DNA from: Thermoproteota archaeon | Lineage (GTDB): Archaea > Korarchaeota > Korarchaeia > Korarchaeales > Korarchaeaceae | Assembly: GCA_027491915.1 (NCBI GenBank) | Contig: JAOZGC010000002.1 | Span: 416,001-480,000, forward strand | Reading direction: 5' to 3' | DNA: 64,000 bases | Part shown: piece by piece, positions 19,202 through 28,967 of the stretch | How the letters are laid out: each line of letters opens with the position of its first letter | Position numbering within the stretch: the first letter of the stretch is position 1 | The notes under the pieces: generated by a model | What the model was told of the DNA's origin: nothing | Seen by the model: the letters and a program-made list of their open reading frames with translations, nothing else | Database searches by the model: none | Position numbers and translations under genes: made by a program

Positions 19202-20470
19202 GTGGACGGCCGGACCCAGAGGAGGAACCTGGCCATAATGACGGTCACCTGGGGGATCATGGCCCCCTTCTCCTCCGCCCTATCTACCTACTCCTCCCTG
19301 TACTTCCTGGAGCTCGGGGCCGGGCCGGCCGTCATAGGACTGATAGGCACCGTGTCAGCGGTCACGCTCGCCTTCTCCAGGCTGATAGGCGGATACCTGG
19401 CGGACACCGTCGGCCGCAGGATCCTGATGTCCCTCATGACGGTGGTCTACGGCCTGTCCAGCCTCATATACGCCCTCGCCCCCGACTGGACCTGGCTCGT
19501 CCCGGCCGCCTTCCTCTCCTCCCTGTCCCTCCTGTACCAGCCGGCGGTCACCGCGATGATGGCCGACAGCCTCCCCCCGGAGAGGAGGGGGAGCGGCCTC
19601 TCGGCGGCGCACACCGCGTCTGACGTCGTCGGCCTGGTGGGCCCCCCGGCCGCGGCGGCCCTCGTCGGCGCCGTCGGCCTGGTCCCGGCCGTCAGGATGA
19701 TGTACGTGGGAGACGCGGCCGCCAAGATATCCTCCGGGATCCTCCGCCTCTTCCTGAGGGAGACCCTTCCTTCCAGCAGGAGGCCCACCGTCAGGGGGGG
19801 TCTGAGGGATTATCTCTCGGCGGTAAGGATGCTCAGGGGAGACCTGGGGAGGGCCGTGCTGATAACGGCCGTGGGAGGATCCGTGGGCGCCATGGCCTTC
19901 CCCTTCGCCCAGATATACGCGGTGAAGGTCGTCGGAATATCTCCGGAGGCCTGGGGCATCATATCCACGATCATCGGGCTGGAGTCCACCGCCTCGACCC
20001 TGGTATCCGGGATCCTGGCGGACAGGGTCGGGAGGAGGGTCGTGCTCGGGGCCGGCTACCTCTCCGGGGCCGCGGGCCTGGCGATGCTGACCCTGGTCCC
20101 CAGGGGATGCTTCGCCGGGGTACTCGCCGCCATGGCCGTCGCCGTGGCCGTCGCCTCCTGGCCCTCCTCCTTCGCCATATTCGCGGACCTGACCCCGCCC
20201 GAGGCCAGGGGGAGGATGACCGCCGTCAGGGGACTGATAATGGGGAACCTCCGCGGCGCGTTCTCCGCGGCCGGCGGGGCCGCCTACCAGCTGAACCCGG
20301 CCCTGTCCTTCCTCGCCGGGGCCGCCGGCTACGCCGCGGTGGCCGCCTCGGCCCTCCTCCTGCTGCCCGGCGGGCTACCCCGGGCGACCGGAGTGGAAGG
20401 GAGGGCGATCGATTTATCACAGGGGACGGCCCACCCACACAATGGGAGCCAGGTTCTCCTCCAAGCTTGA
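19202..20470 (+). CDS. MFS transporter
   Basis: GYLADTVGRR, GILADRVGRR, PPERRG. Confidence 0.88.
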   Translation: MDGRTQRRNLAIMTVTWGIMAPFSSALSTYSSLYFLELGAGPAVIGLIGTVSAVTLAFSRLIGGYLADTVGRRILMSLMTVVYGLSSLIYALAPDWTWLVPAAFLSSLSLLYQPAVTAMMADSLPPERRGSGLSAAHTASDVVGLVGPPAAAALVGAVGLVPAVRMMYVGDAAAKISSGILRLFLRETLPSSRRPTVRGGLRDYLSAVRMLRGDLGRAVLITAVGGSVGAMAFPFAQIYAVKVVGISPEAWGIISTIIGLESTASTLVSGILADRVGRRVVLGAGYLSGAAGLAMLTLVPRGCFAGVLAAMAVAVAVASWPSSFAIFADLTPPEARGRMTAVRGLIMGNLRGAFSAAGGAAYQLNPALSFLAGAAGYAAVAASALLLLPGGLPRATGVEGRAIDLSQGTAHPHNGSQVLLQA

Positions 20471-21902
20471 CTCGGCCCCCCTGGCGGCCACCTTCGGGGA
20501 CTTCATCCTCCTCCCGGGGAAGGCCGCCGTGGAGCCGTCCGAGGTGGACCTGTCCACCAGGATCTCCCCATCCATGAGCCTGGCCATCCCCCTGATCTCC
20601 TCCCCCATGGACACCGTGACGGAGGTGGACATGGCCGTCGGCATGGCCAGGCTCGGGGGGCTGGGCGTGGTCCACAGGAACTGCCCGGTCGAGGAGCAGG
20701 TGGCCATGGTCAGGGCGGTCAAGAGGGCCGAGAGCTTCATCATAAGGGACGTCGTCACGGTCGCCCCGGACCAGACGGTCTCGGACGCCAGGGCCCTGAT
20801 GGATGCCAGGGGGATCTCCGGCCTCCCAGTGGTCGCGGACGGGCGGCTGGTGGGGATAGTCACGAGGAGGGACGTGGCCTTCGCCGCAGACCAGTCGAGG
20901 CCGATCAGGGAGATAATGACGGTCGACCCGGTGACGGTGGGGCCCGACGTGACCCCCCAGGAGGCCAAGGCCCTGATGGGCCAGCACAAGGTGGAGAAGC
21001 TGCCGGTCGTCGACCGGGACGGCACCCTGCTCGGCCTCATAACCGCCAGGGACATATTCTCCATGGAGAGCCGGCCCGAGTCCACCAGGGATCGGGAGGG
21101 CAGGCTGGCGGTGGCCGCGGCCGTCTCCCCCTTCGACCTGGAGAGGGCAAGGGCCCTGGACCGGTGGGTGGACGCCCTGTTCACCGACGTCGCCCACTTC
21201 CACAACGAGGCCGCCATGTCCGCTGCGGCCAGGATGGCCAGGGAGGTGTCGGCGGACCTGTTCGTGGGGAACGTGGGCACCAGAGAGGCAGCCGAGGAGG
21301 CCCTCTCCAGGGTGGACCCCGTGGCCGGCCTCAGGGTGGGCATGGCCTCCGGCAGCATCTGCACCACCGGGGAGGTCACCGGGGTCGCCGCGCCCACCCT
21401 CTTCGCCGTGGCCCAGGCGGCCGACGCCGCCGAGGCCCTAGGGTCGGACGCGTCCATAATAGCCGACGGCGGGATCAGGGGACCCGGGGAGGCCGCCAAG
21501 GCCCTCGCGGCCGGCGCCTCGGCCGTAATGTTGGGGTACGCCCTGGCCGGATCCAGGGAGGCCCCGGGGCAGCCCCTCATGTTCGGGGGGAGGATGTACA
21601 AGTTCTACAGGGGGATGGGGAGCCCCTCGGCCAGGCGCAGGAGGTACGCCCTGGACAGGTACTCCAGGCCGTCCAAGGAGATAGCCGAGGGGATAGAGGG
21701 GCTGGTCCCCTACAGGGGGGACCTGGAGACAGTCGTGAGGAAGTTCGTCGCCGGGCTGAGGGCGGCCATGGGGTACGCCGGCGCGTCCAGCGTTCGAGAG
21801 CTCTGGGAGGTCGGGAGGTTCGCCAGGGTGAGCCAGGCGGGACTCAGGGAGATCTCTCCCCACGACGTGAGGCCCCTGGAGTGGCGTCCCGAGGTGGGCT
21901 GA
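20442..21902 (+). CDS. guaB: IMP dehydrogenase with CBS pair
   Basis: SSPMDTVTE, GLGVVHRN, GSICTT (catalytic Cys), IADGGI, YRGMGS, EGIEG. Confidence 0.95.
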   Translation: MGARFSSKLDSAPLAATFGDFILLPGKAAVEPSEVDLSTRISPSMSLAIPLISSPMDTVTEVDMAVGMARLGGLGVVHRNCPVEEQVAMVRAVKRAESFIIRDVVTVAPDQTVSDARALMDARGISGLPVVADGRLVGIVTRRDVAFAADQSRPIREIMTVDPVTVGPDVTPQEAKALMGQHKVEKLPVVDRDGTLLGLITARDIFSMESRPESTRDREGRLAVAAAVSPFDLERARALDRWVDALFTDVAHFHNEAAMSAAARMAREVSADLFVGNVGTREAAEEALSRVDPVAGLRVGMASGSICTTGEVTGVAAPTLFAVAQAADAAEALGSDASIIADGGIRGPGEAAKALAAGASAVMLGYALAGSREAPGQPLMFGGRMYKFYRGMGSPSARRRRYALDRYSRPSKEIAEGIEGLVPYRGDLETVVRKFVAGLRAAMGYAGASSVRELWEVGRFARVSQAGLREISPHDVRPLEWRPEVG

Positions 21903-21915
21903 TCGCCCCCCTCCC

Positions 21916-22482
21916 TCACCTCCTCGCCGCGCGGACGAAGTTCTCCAGTATCCTGGAGCCGAACTCCGTGTGGGACACCTCCGGGTGGAACTGGACCCCG
22001 AAGACCCCGAGGTCCTGGATCTCCATGGCCTGGACCCTGCAGGACCTGCTGGAGGCCGTCACGACCGCGCCCGGGGGAGGCTCCAGGACCTCGTCGTTGT
22101 GGGACTCCCAGGCCACGAACCTCCCGGGGACGCCCTCGAAGAGGGGCGAGTCGGCGATCACCTCCACCTCCACCCCGCCGAACTCCGGCCTCGCGGCCGG
22201 CCCCACCCTCCCCCCCAGGACGTGGGCCGCCAGGTGGTGGGACAGGCATATCCCCAGCACCGGCAGCCCGTGGACGACGTACTCCGGGGCCCGCCCCATG
22301 GACGGGAGGTCCCGGGGGACGCTCTGGGGCCCCCCTCCCATGACGAACGCGTCGGCCTCCACCTCGGAGGGGGGCACGCTCGCCGGCACCAGCCTGGTCT
22401 CCACCCCGATCTCCGAGAGCCGCCTGGCTATCAGGTGGTTGTACTGCCCCCCGAAGGTCACCACGGGGACCAGCATCTCCAT
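21916..22482 (-). CDS. guaAA: GMP synthase glutamine amidotransferase subunit A
   Basis: FGGQYNHLI, GGPQSV, LGIC, SHNDEV, VQFHPEV. Confidence 0.92.
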   Translation of the reverse strand: MEMLVPVVTFGGQYNHLIARRLSEIGVETRLVPASVPPSEVEADAFVMGGGPQSVPRDLPSMGRAPEYVVHGLPVLGICLSHHLAAHVLGGRVGPAARPEFGGVEVEVIADSPLFEGVPGRFVAWESHNDEVLEPPPGAVVTASSRSCRVQAMEIQDLGVFGVQFHPEVSHTEFGSRILENFVRAARR

Positions 22483-22497
22483 CCCCCCGCGGGTCGG

Positions 22498-23622
22498 CTA
22501 CTCGAACTCTATCGTGGCCGGCGGCTTGGGCGTCAGGTCGTAGTAGAGCGCCCCGGCCCCGGGGACCCGGCGTCGGATCCCCTCGGCGATCTCCCCCAGG
22601 ACCCCCGGCGGCGGGAGGCACGCCTCGGCCGTCATGAAGTCCTCCGTGGACACCGCCCTGGCGGCCACGGCCAGCCGCCCGCCCCCCCACCTGTCAACCT
22701 CCATCAGGACCCTGACGGCCCCCGGCTCGGCCGCCAGGAGCTCCCCCCTGACGGGGGCCGCCGCGTCCGGGTAGTCTACCCCGGAGACGACCAGGATCTT
22801 GCCCAGCCTCCTCTGATCCCCCTTGACGCCCGTGGCCCTGGCGTCGAGCTCCCTCACTTCCACCCCCACCTCCCGGGCCAGGTCGGGCCTCTCCCTACCC
22901 CCGTCCTCGAGCGCGGCTGCCAGGGTCTGGGAGCAGCCCAGGGCCAGGAGGGCCGGTTCCACCACGCCCGAGGCCGCGCGGGCTGCCCCGAGCTTGTCCG
23001 GGGTGCACTCTCCGAGGCACCTGACCAGGAGCCCCGGTCCGGGGAAGGGCTGCCTCTCGACCACGGCCCGCGGGAGCCCGAGGTGCCTGGCGAGTTCCCT
23101 CACCTGATCCTTGTACAGGTCCCTTAGGGGCTCAACGACCGAGAAGCCGTACCTCTCCAGGGACCTTATCCCCACCTGCTCCAGGACGTTGTGCTGGGTC
23201 TTTATCCCGCCGACGGTCTCTATCACGTCCGGCGCTATGGTGCCCTGGACCAGCCACCGGGCCCCCACCTCGCCGGCCAGCCCAGCCAGGGCCGAGTAGA
23301 AGGCCTCCCTGAAGGCCACCCTCTTCTCCTCCGGATCGGACAGCCCGCTCACGGCCGCCGAGAACTCGGCCGACAGGTCGACCACCTGGGGGTCGAGGAC
23401 CCCCCCCAGCTCCCGGGCCACCTCGGCCGCCTCCCCCTCCCTGAGGAAGCCGGTGTCCAAGACGACCGCGTGGAGCCTGTCTCCCACGGCCCTCCGGGCC
23501 AGGACCGCGGCGACCGCGCTGTCTACCCCGCCGGACACGGCCGCCAGGGCCTCTCCCCTTATCTCCGACCTGAGCCTCCCGACCACCTCGGCCTCGAAGG
23601 AGAGGGGATCGAACCCCCGCAT
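22498..23622 (-). CDS. guaAB: GMP synthase ATP-pyrophosphatase subunit B
   Basis: SGGVDS, QGTIAPD, IKTQHN, YKDQVR, PFPGPGL, DFMTA, KPPATIEFE. Confidence 0.93.
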   Translation of the reverse strand: MRGFDPLSFEAEVVGRLRSEIRGEALAAVSGGVDSAVAAVLARRAVGDRLHAVVLDTGFLREGEAAEVARELGGVLDPQVVDLSAEFSAAVSGLSDPEEKRVAFREAFYSALAGLAGEVGARWLVQGTIAPDVIETVGGIKTQHNVLEQVGIRSLERYGFSVVEPLRDLYKDQVRELARHLGLPRAVVERQPFPGPGLLVRCLGECTPDKLGAARAASGVVEPALLALGCSQTLAAALEDGGRERPDLAREVGVEVRELDARATGVKGDQRRLGKILVVSGVDYPDAAAPVRGELLAAEPGAVRVLMEVDRWGGGRLAVAARAVSTEDFMTAEACLPPPGVLGEIAEGIRRRVPGAGALYYDLTPKPPATIEFE

Positions 23623-23855
23623 AAACGACCTCCCGGGCCGCCGTTAAAAAGGCGGCGAGCGTCCCTTCCCTTCCAGCCCATGCGACCGTTGACGAGTCGA
23701 CCGGCCCCCCTCCTTCACCGTTCCTCAAATCCCGCGCCGAGAAGCCATTGGGAACCGGAGACTTACTCAGATTGGCCGGCGGGAGCCTCACCCTCGGGCG
23801 CTCCCGGGATGATCAACTTTTTTTCGATCCGACGGGGCCCGGCCCCCGATCCGAC

Positions 23856-25205
23856 ATGGTCCGCAGGCCGAAGATCGTGGTGGAGCCCCCGGGCCCCAAG
23901 GCCAGGGAGATCATAGCCAGGGACGAGGCCGTGCTGTCCAGGTCCCTAACCAGGACCGCCCCGCTGGTCGGGGTCGGGGCGGAGGGGGTCTGGGTCAGGG
24001 ACATAGACGGGAACGAGTTCCTGGACTTCGGGTCGGGAATAGCCGTCACCAACGTGGGCCACATGCACCCCAGGGTGGTGGAGACCGTCAAGAGGGAGGT
24101 GGAGAGGCTGATATTCGTCAACAGCTTCGACTTCCACACCGTCCCCCAGGTGAACCTGGCCGAGAGGCTGGTCCGGATAACCCCCGGAAGCTTCAGGAAG
24201 CGGGTTTTCTTCGTCAACAGCGGCACCGAGGCGGTGGAGTGCGCCATAAAGGCCTCCAGGTACAGGACGGGCCGCTACTACACCGTGGCCTTCATAAACT
24301 CCTTCCACGGCAGGACCATGGGGTCGCTGGCCCTTACCTCCACCTCCACGACCGCCAGGAGGAGGTTCCAGCCCATGATGCCCGGGGTGGTCCACGCCCC
24401 CTACCCCTACTGCTACAGGTGCCCCCTGGGGCACAGGGAGGGCCCCCCGGACTGCGGGTTCGCCTGCCTCTCCTACCTGGAGGATCAGATACTGGGCCAC
24501 GTGGCCCCCCCTGACGAGGTGTCCGCCATAGTATTCGAGCCCATCCAGGGGGCCGGAGGTTACGTGGTCCCCCCGGGGGAGTGGGTCAGGGGGCTGAGGA
24601 GGATCGCCGACGAGCACGGCATACCCCTGATAGCGGACGAGGTCCAGTCCGGCATGGGGAGGACCGGCCGGTGGTGCGCGGTCGAGCACTTCGGGGTGGT
24701 CCCCGACGGGGTCACCCTCTCCAAGGCCATAGCGGCCGGCTTCCCGTTCGGGGCGTTCGTCGGGAGGGCCGACCTGCTCGAGTGGGAGCCGGGGGCCCAC
24801 GAGAACACGCTGGGCGGGAACCCGGTGCTGGCCAGCGTGGCCCTCACGGTCCTGGACGTGATCGAGGAGGAGCGCCTCATGGAGAACGCCGAGCGGGTCG
24901 GCTCCCACATGATGGGGAGGCTGAGGGACATGGCGTCCGAGCACGAGGTCGTGGGGGACGTGAGGGGGAAGGGCCTGATGATAGGGGTGGAGTTCGTCAG
25001 GGACAGGGAGACCAGAGAGCCTGCCCCGAGGGTGAAGTCGGAGGTGATAAGGAGGGCCTTCAAGAGGGGGCTGATCCTCCTGGGGGCCGGGAGGTCCAGC
25101 CTCAGGCTGGCCCCGCCCCTCGTGATAACCGAGGAGGAGGCGGACGTGGGCCTGGACATACTGGAGGAGGTGATAGGGGAGGTCGAGGGGGACCTCCTCT
25201 CCTGA
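23856..25205 (+). CDS. Class III PLP aminotransferase (4-aminobutyrate/ornithine-type)
   Basis: NSGTEAVE, FHGRT, EPIQG, DEVQSG.GRTG, SKA, TLGGNP. Confidence 0.92.
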   Translation: MVRRPKIVVEPPGPKAREIIARDEAVLSRSLTRTAPLVGVGAEGVWVRDIDGNEFLDFGSGIAVTNVGHMHPRVVETVKREVERLIFVNSFDFHTVPQVNLAERLVRITPGSFRKRVFFVNSGTEAVECAIKASRYRTGRYYTVAFINSFHGRTMGSLALTSTSTTARRRFQPMMPGVVHAPYPYCYRCPLGHREGPPDCGFACLSYLEDQILGHVAPPDEVSAIVFEPIQGAGGYVVPPGEWVRGLRRIADEHGIPLIADEVQSGMGRTGRWCAVEHFGVVPDGVTLSKAIAAGFPFGAFVGRADLLEWEPGAHENTLGGNPVLASVALTVLDVIEEERLMENAERVGSHMMGRLRDMASEHEVVGDVRGKGLMIGVEFVRDRETREPAPRVKSEVIRRAFKRGLILLGAGRSSLRLAPPLVITEEEADVGLDILEEVIGEVEGDLLS

Positions 25206-25261
25206 CCCGACCCCGGAGGGATTAAAATGTCCGCCCGCCCGCGGATCGCGGTGGACGCGGA

Positions 25262-26281
25262 ATGACGTCCCGTCCCCTCCTGCTGGCGGTCCTGGTCCTG
25301 GCGCTCCTACCCAACCCGCCCGCGATATCCCGGGCTGGCGGGACGACCAGGAGGGTGGCCGTCTACTCCAACGACATAGACTGGGGACTGTGCGGGGCCG
25401 AGATAACCGAGGCCGCCGCCAGGGCCGGGGTCGTCCTGGACCGGGTGAGCGACCCCTCCCTGCTCCGGGACTACGACGCGGTCATAGTGCTCGGGGGGCA
25501 CATGGCCCCGACCGACCGGTCCATGCCCGACAACATCGCCTCCGACTACCTCACCCCCGACCAGAGGTCCAGACTGGAGGGGGAGCCGGACGCCGAGATA
25601 GTGGTGGTCGTGCCGGGCCGCCCGGAGATCTTCGTCTTCGCCGGCCACGACAGGTACGACACCAGGGACCTGGCCCTCTCGGACTCCGACGGGGACGGGT
25701 GGGGCAACGCCGCGGAGGTGGTCCGGGGCTCGAGGTTCGACTCCCCGGAGGGACCCCTGTGGGGGAGGGAGGTGCTGCTGATAGTCTCCCACGACGGCTT
25801 CCAGGACGTCGAGTACTCCACGGTCAGGGACCACCTGGAGTCTCGGGGGGCCTCGATCTCGGTGGCGAGCGACCTACCCGGAACGGCCAGGGGCGTCTCC
25901 GGGACGGAGGTTCACGTGGACCTCACCCTGGACGAGGTCTCGGTCTCCGACTACGACGCCGTGATCTTCATAGGGGGCCCGGGGACCCCCCAGCACCTCT
26001 GGGGCGACGGGCGGGCCGAGGCCATAGCCTCCCAGGCCGCGGCGCTCGGGATCCCGCTGGGGGCGATATGCCTGGCCCCCGGGGTCCTGGCCGACGCGGG
26101 GGTCCTGAGGGGGAGGAGGGCGACCGTCTACCCCGACCCCTCGGCCGTCCAGAAACTCCTGGACGGGGGCGCGGAGTACGTCGACGAGCCCGTCGTGGTG
26201 GACGGAACGATAGTGACCGCGAGGGACCCGGCCGCCGCCCGCGCCTTCGCCAGGGAGATCTCGAGGCTCCTCAGGTGGTGA
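25262..26281 (+). CDS. Secreted protein: surface-binding-like N-domain, DxDxDG loop, DJ-1/PfpI domain
   Basis: Signal peptide; VIVLGG...AGHDRYDT; DSDGDG; GFQDVEY, FIGGPG, AICLAP, VVVDGTIVTA. Confidence 0.8.
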   Translation: MTSRPLLLAVLVLALLPNPPAISRAGGTTRRVAVYSNDIDWGLCGAEITEAAARAGVVLDRVSDPSLLRDYDAVIVLGGHMAPTDRSMPDNIASDYLTPDQRSRLEGEPDAEIVVVVPGRPEIFVFAGHDRYDTRDLALSDSDGDGWGNAAEVVRGSRFDSPEGPLWGREVLLIVSHDGFQDVEYSTVRDHLESRGASISVASDLPGTARGVSGTEVHVDLTLDEVSVSDYDAVIFIGGPGTPQHLWGDGRAEAIASQAAALGIPLGAICLAPGVLADAGVLRGRRATVYPDPSAVQKLLDGGAEYVDEPVVVDGTIVTARDPAAARAFAREISRLLRW

Positions 26282-26352
26282 GGGCCCAGAAGTGAAGGGC
26301 CAAACGGGAAAAAGGAGGTGGGTGTGGAGGGAGACGCGTGGCGGGCTCGGGT

Positions 26353-26700
26353 TCAGAGCCCCTTCTCCTCGAGCTCTATCTCGATCCCGCCGACCATCCC
26401 CGCGACCACGTTGTACAGGAAGGCGGCTATGGCCCCCACTATGCCCGCGATGACCCCGTAGATTATCCCGCCTATTATGGCCCCGACCAGGCCGATCCCG
26501 GCGAAGGCCAGCCCACCTCCCGTCACGGCCGGGCCGTGGCTCGGGGGCATCCCGAGGCCGGGACCCATACCGTAACCGTAGATCGACGGGAGCCCTATCA
26601 GGGCTATCAGGATCCCTATTATCAGGCCCAGGATTATACCCAGGACCAGGTAGACCTTGAAGACGGAGAACACCCCTATGTGGGTCAGCTCGTACCTCAA
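26353..26700 (-). CDS. DUF3566-like small membrane protein
   Basis: YELTHIGVFSVFK..two TMs..LYNVVA..VGGIEIEL. Confidence 0.65.
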   Translation of the reverse strand: MRYELTHIGVFSVFKVYLVLGIILGLIIGILIALIGLPSIYGYGMGPGLGMPPSHGPAVTGGGLAFAGIGLVGAIIGGIIYGVIAGIVGAIAAFLYNVVAGMVGGIEIELEEKGL

Positions 26701-26840
26701 CCGCCGTCACCCCCGAGACCCGGGATCGCCTGAATATAAACGATGCCACCGCCGGCCGTAAAATCTGAGTCTGGGACCGGTCCCGAAGGGCGGGAGCGGC
26801 CCTTATATGCCGGATCCCGGGGGGAGGGGGGGGTGATCTC

Positions 26841-27137
26841 TTGGCCGTCGAGCTGAGGAGGAAGGCCCGAGCGTTCGTCCTGGTCTCGACCAAGCCGGGG
26901 GCCGAGGTGGGCGTGGCCCAGAGGCTCCTCACCTACCCGGAGGTCGTGGAGGCCCACGTCATACCGGGGGAGTACGACGTCCTGGCCGTCCTGGAGATCA
27001 GGAGGGACATAGTGGCCCCGAGCTCCGAGGAGATAATGGACTTCGTCATCAACACCGTGGCCAAGATGGACGGCGTGGAGGACACCCACACGATAATACC
27101 CAGCCACTCCTGGAGCAAGCTGCCGGGGGCGGGGTGA
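26841..27137 (+). CDS. Stand-alone Lrp/AsnC ligand-binding domain protein
   Basis: AFVLV..PG.E, GEYDVLA, GVEDTHT. Confidence 0.85.
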   Translation: MAVELRRKARAFVLVSTKPGAEVGVAQRLLTYPEVVEAHVIPGEYDVLAVLEIRRDIVAPSSEEIMDFVINTVAKMDGVEDTHTIIPSHSWSKLPGAG

Positions 27138-27150
27138 CCGCCCGGCCCCC

Positions 27151-28227
27151 TCAGGGGATTATCTCCGTGGTGTTGTTGTAGGGGGGGTAGAGGACCTCTC
27201 CGGGGTCTATCCTCCCCTCGCCGATCAGGGCCCGGACCTCGTCGGCCACCGAGAGCACCTCGTCCACCAGGTGCCTGGTAAGGTCGCAGAGGGCCTCGAA
27301 TCCCTCCTCCCCCCAGAGCCTCTCGACGTGGGCGTAGAGGCACCTCCCCCCGCAGTACCTGAGGTAGGGGCACGACGCGCAGGGCTCCCCTATCGAGACC
27401 CTCCCCGGGAGATCCCCGGGCCCAACCGAGCCGAGCCTCCCCAGCTCGGCCCACCCCTCGGCCACGGCTATGGGGCACGCCAGTACCCTGCCGTCGGTGG
27501 ACACGGCGAAGGCGTCCCTCCCGGCCCCGCAGGGCGGGATCCCCATGGACTCTCCCGTGAGCTCCACCCTCAGCACCCCGAGCACCGGGACCAACCCCGG
27601 GACCCTGCCCTCCCTGGCCTCGGAGATCCAGTAGTCGACCAGCCTGGAGACCCCCGGCTTGTAGACGCGCTCGGCCCACCCCCGGAAGTCCGCCCACCCC
27701 TCGCTCCAGACGGCGTCTATCTGCCAGTGGACGTGGTCGAATAGGCCCAGCTCGAGCAGGTGCCTGGCGTCCCTGTAGACGTCGCTCCCCTCGGAGACGG
27801 TCATCCTGGCTATCAGGTCCCCGGAGAAGCCGACCTCCCTCAGCCACCTGGCCGAGGACAGGACGGTCCGGTACACCCCCCTGCCCCTGTAGCCGTCGGT
27901 GACCCCTTCCGGCCCGTCTATGGACAGCAGGACGGCGTCCATCCTCCTCCAGTACTCCGGGGGGAGCGCCCTGACCGCGGTCCCGTTGGTCTGCACCACG
28001 AACCTCCTGGCCGGCACCGCGTCCATGACCTCCATTATGAAACCCGGGTTTAGGAGGGGTTCCCCCCCGTAGAAGGCTATCGTGGCGTCTCCGTCCCCCT
28101 CCACGAGCCTTATCAGGTCTCCGAGATCGTACTCCACCCGCCACGGGACGATCTCGGGGTTGAAGCTCCCCCCGCAGTAGGAGCACCTCAGGTTGCACCT
28201 GCCGGTGGTGAACACGAAGTACAGCAA
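27151..28227 (-). CDS. Radical SAM/SPASM protein (AF0577/TIGR04084-like)
   Basis: CNLRCSYC, FYGGEPL, QTNG, SIDG, SPASM cysteines CGAG..CP..CASC...CGGRC..C. Confidence 0.88.
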   Translation of the reverse strand: MLYFVFTTGRCNLRCSYCGGSFNPEIVPWRVEYDLGDLIRLVEGDGDATIAFYGGEPLLNPGFIMEVMDAVPARRFVVQTNGTAVRALPPEYWRRMDAVLLSIDGPEGVTDGYRGRGVYRTVLSSARWLREVGFSGDLIARMTVSEGSDVYRDARHLLELGLFDHVHWQIDAVWSEGWADFRGWAERVYKPGVSRLVDYWISEAREGRVPGLVPVLGVLRVELTGESMGIPPCGAGRDAFAVSTDGRVLACPIAVAEGWAELGRLGSVGPGDLPGRVSIGEPCASCPYLRYCGGRCLYAHVERLWGEEGFEALCDLTRHLVDEVLSVADEVRALIGEGRIDPGEVLYPPYNNTTEIIP

Positions 28228-28287
28228 CGGCGGCGGGGGGTCCGGGATCGGGTCGGGTTATAAACGTCCGCCCCCCGCCGGGTCTGG

Positions 28288-28941
28288 ATGCTCGTCGCCG
28301 GGGTGGACGAGGCCGGCAGGGGTCCGGTCATAGGGCCCATGGTCCTGGCCGCGGTGATGATCGAGGACGGAGACGAGGAGACCCTGGCCGAGGCCGGCGT
28401 CAGGGACTCGAAGCTCGTTCCTCCCGGCGAGAGGAGGAGGCTGGCCGCCCTGATAAGGGAGCTGGCGGTGGACTGGAGGGTGGAAGTCATCCCAGCCAGG
28501 ACCGTGGACTCCTTCGCCTCCTCCGGGGGGCTGAACCGTCTGGAGGCCGAGGTCGCGGCGCGGCTGCTGTCCTCGCTGAGGCCCGCCCCCGAGACCGCGG
28601 TGGTGGACGCCCCCGAGAGGAAGCCGGGGAGGTTCTCCCGCCTCCTGGCCGCCAGGGTGAGAATCCCCAGGCTGTTGACCGTGGCGGAGGCAGACAGGAG
28701 GTATCCGGTGGTGTCCGCCGCATCCATACTCGCTAAGGAGGAGAGGGAGGCGAGGGTGGCCGATCTGAGGGAGAGGCTCGGCGACTTCGGCAGCGGGTAC
28801 CCCCACGACCCGAAGACCATAGAGTTCCTCAGGAGGGTCCTCTCGTCCGGGGAGGTTCCGCCGGAGGTCAGGAGGAGCTGGCTCACCGTGTCCAGGGTCA
28901 GGAGGGAGCTGGGATTGGATTCGCTGGAGGGCTACCTCTGA
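28288..28941 (+). CDS. rnhB: Ribonuclease HII
   Basis: GVDEAGRGPVIGPMV, DSK, SAASILAK, GSGYP.D, RRSW. Confidence 0.96.
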   Translation: MLVAGVDEAGRGPVIGPMVLAAVMIEDGDEETLAEAGVRDSKLVPPGERRRLAALIRELAVDWRVEVIPARTVDSFASSGGLNRLEAEVAARLLSSLRPAPETAVVDAPERKPGRFSRLLAARVRIPRLLTVAEADRRYPVVSAASILAKEEREARVADLRERLGDFGSGYPHDPKTIEFLRRVLSSGEVPPEVRRSWLTVSRVRRELGLDSLEGYL

Positions 28942-28967
28942 CGATCAGTTAAGATTATTTCTGCGGG

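Noticed and set aside
23604-23617. GGGGTTCGATCCCC on the minus strand, resembling a tRNA T-arm
   Set aside because: It lies in the first codons of guaAB (RGFDP), with no acceptor stem, D-arm or anticodon arm around it.
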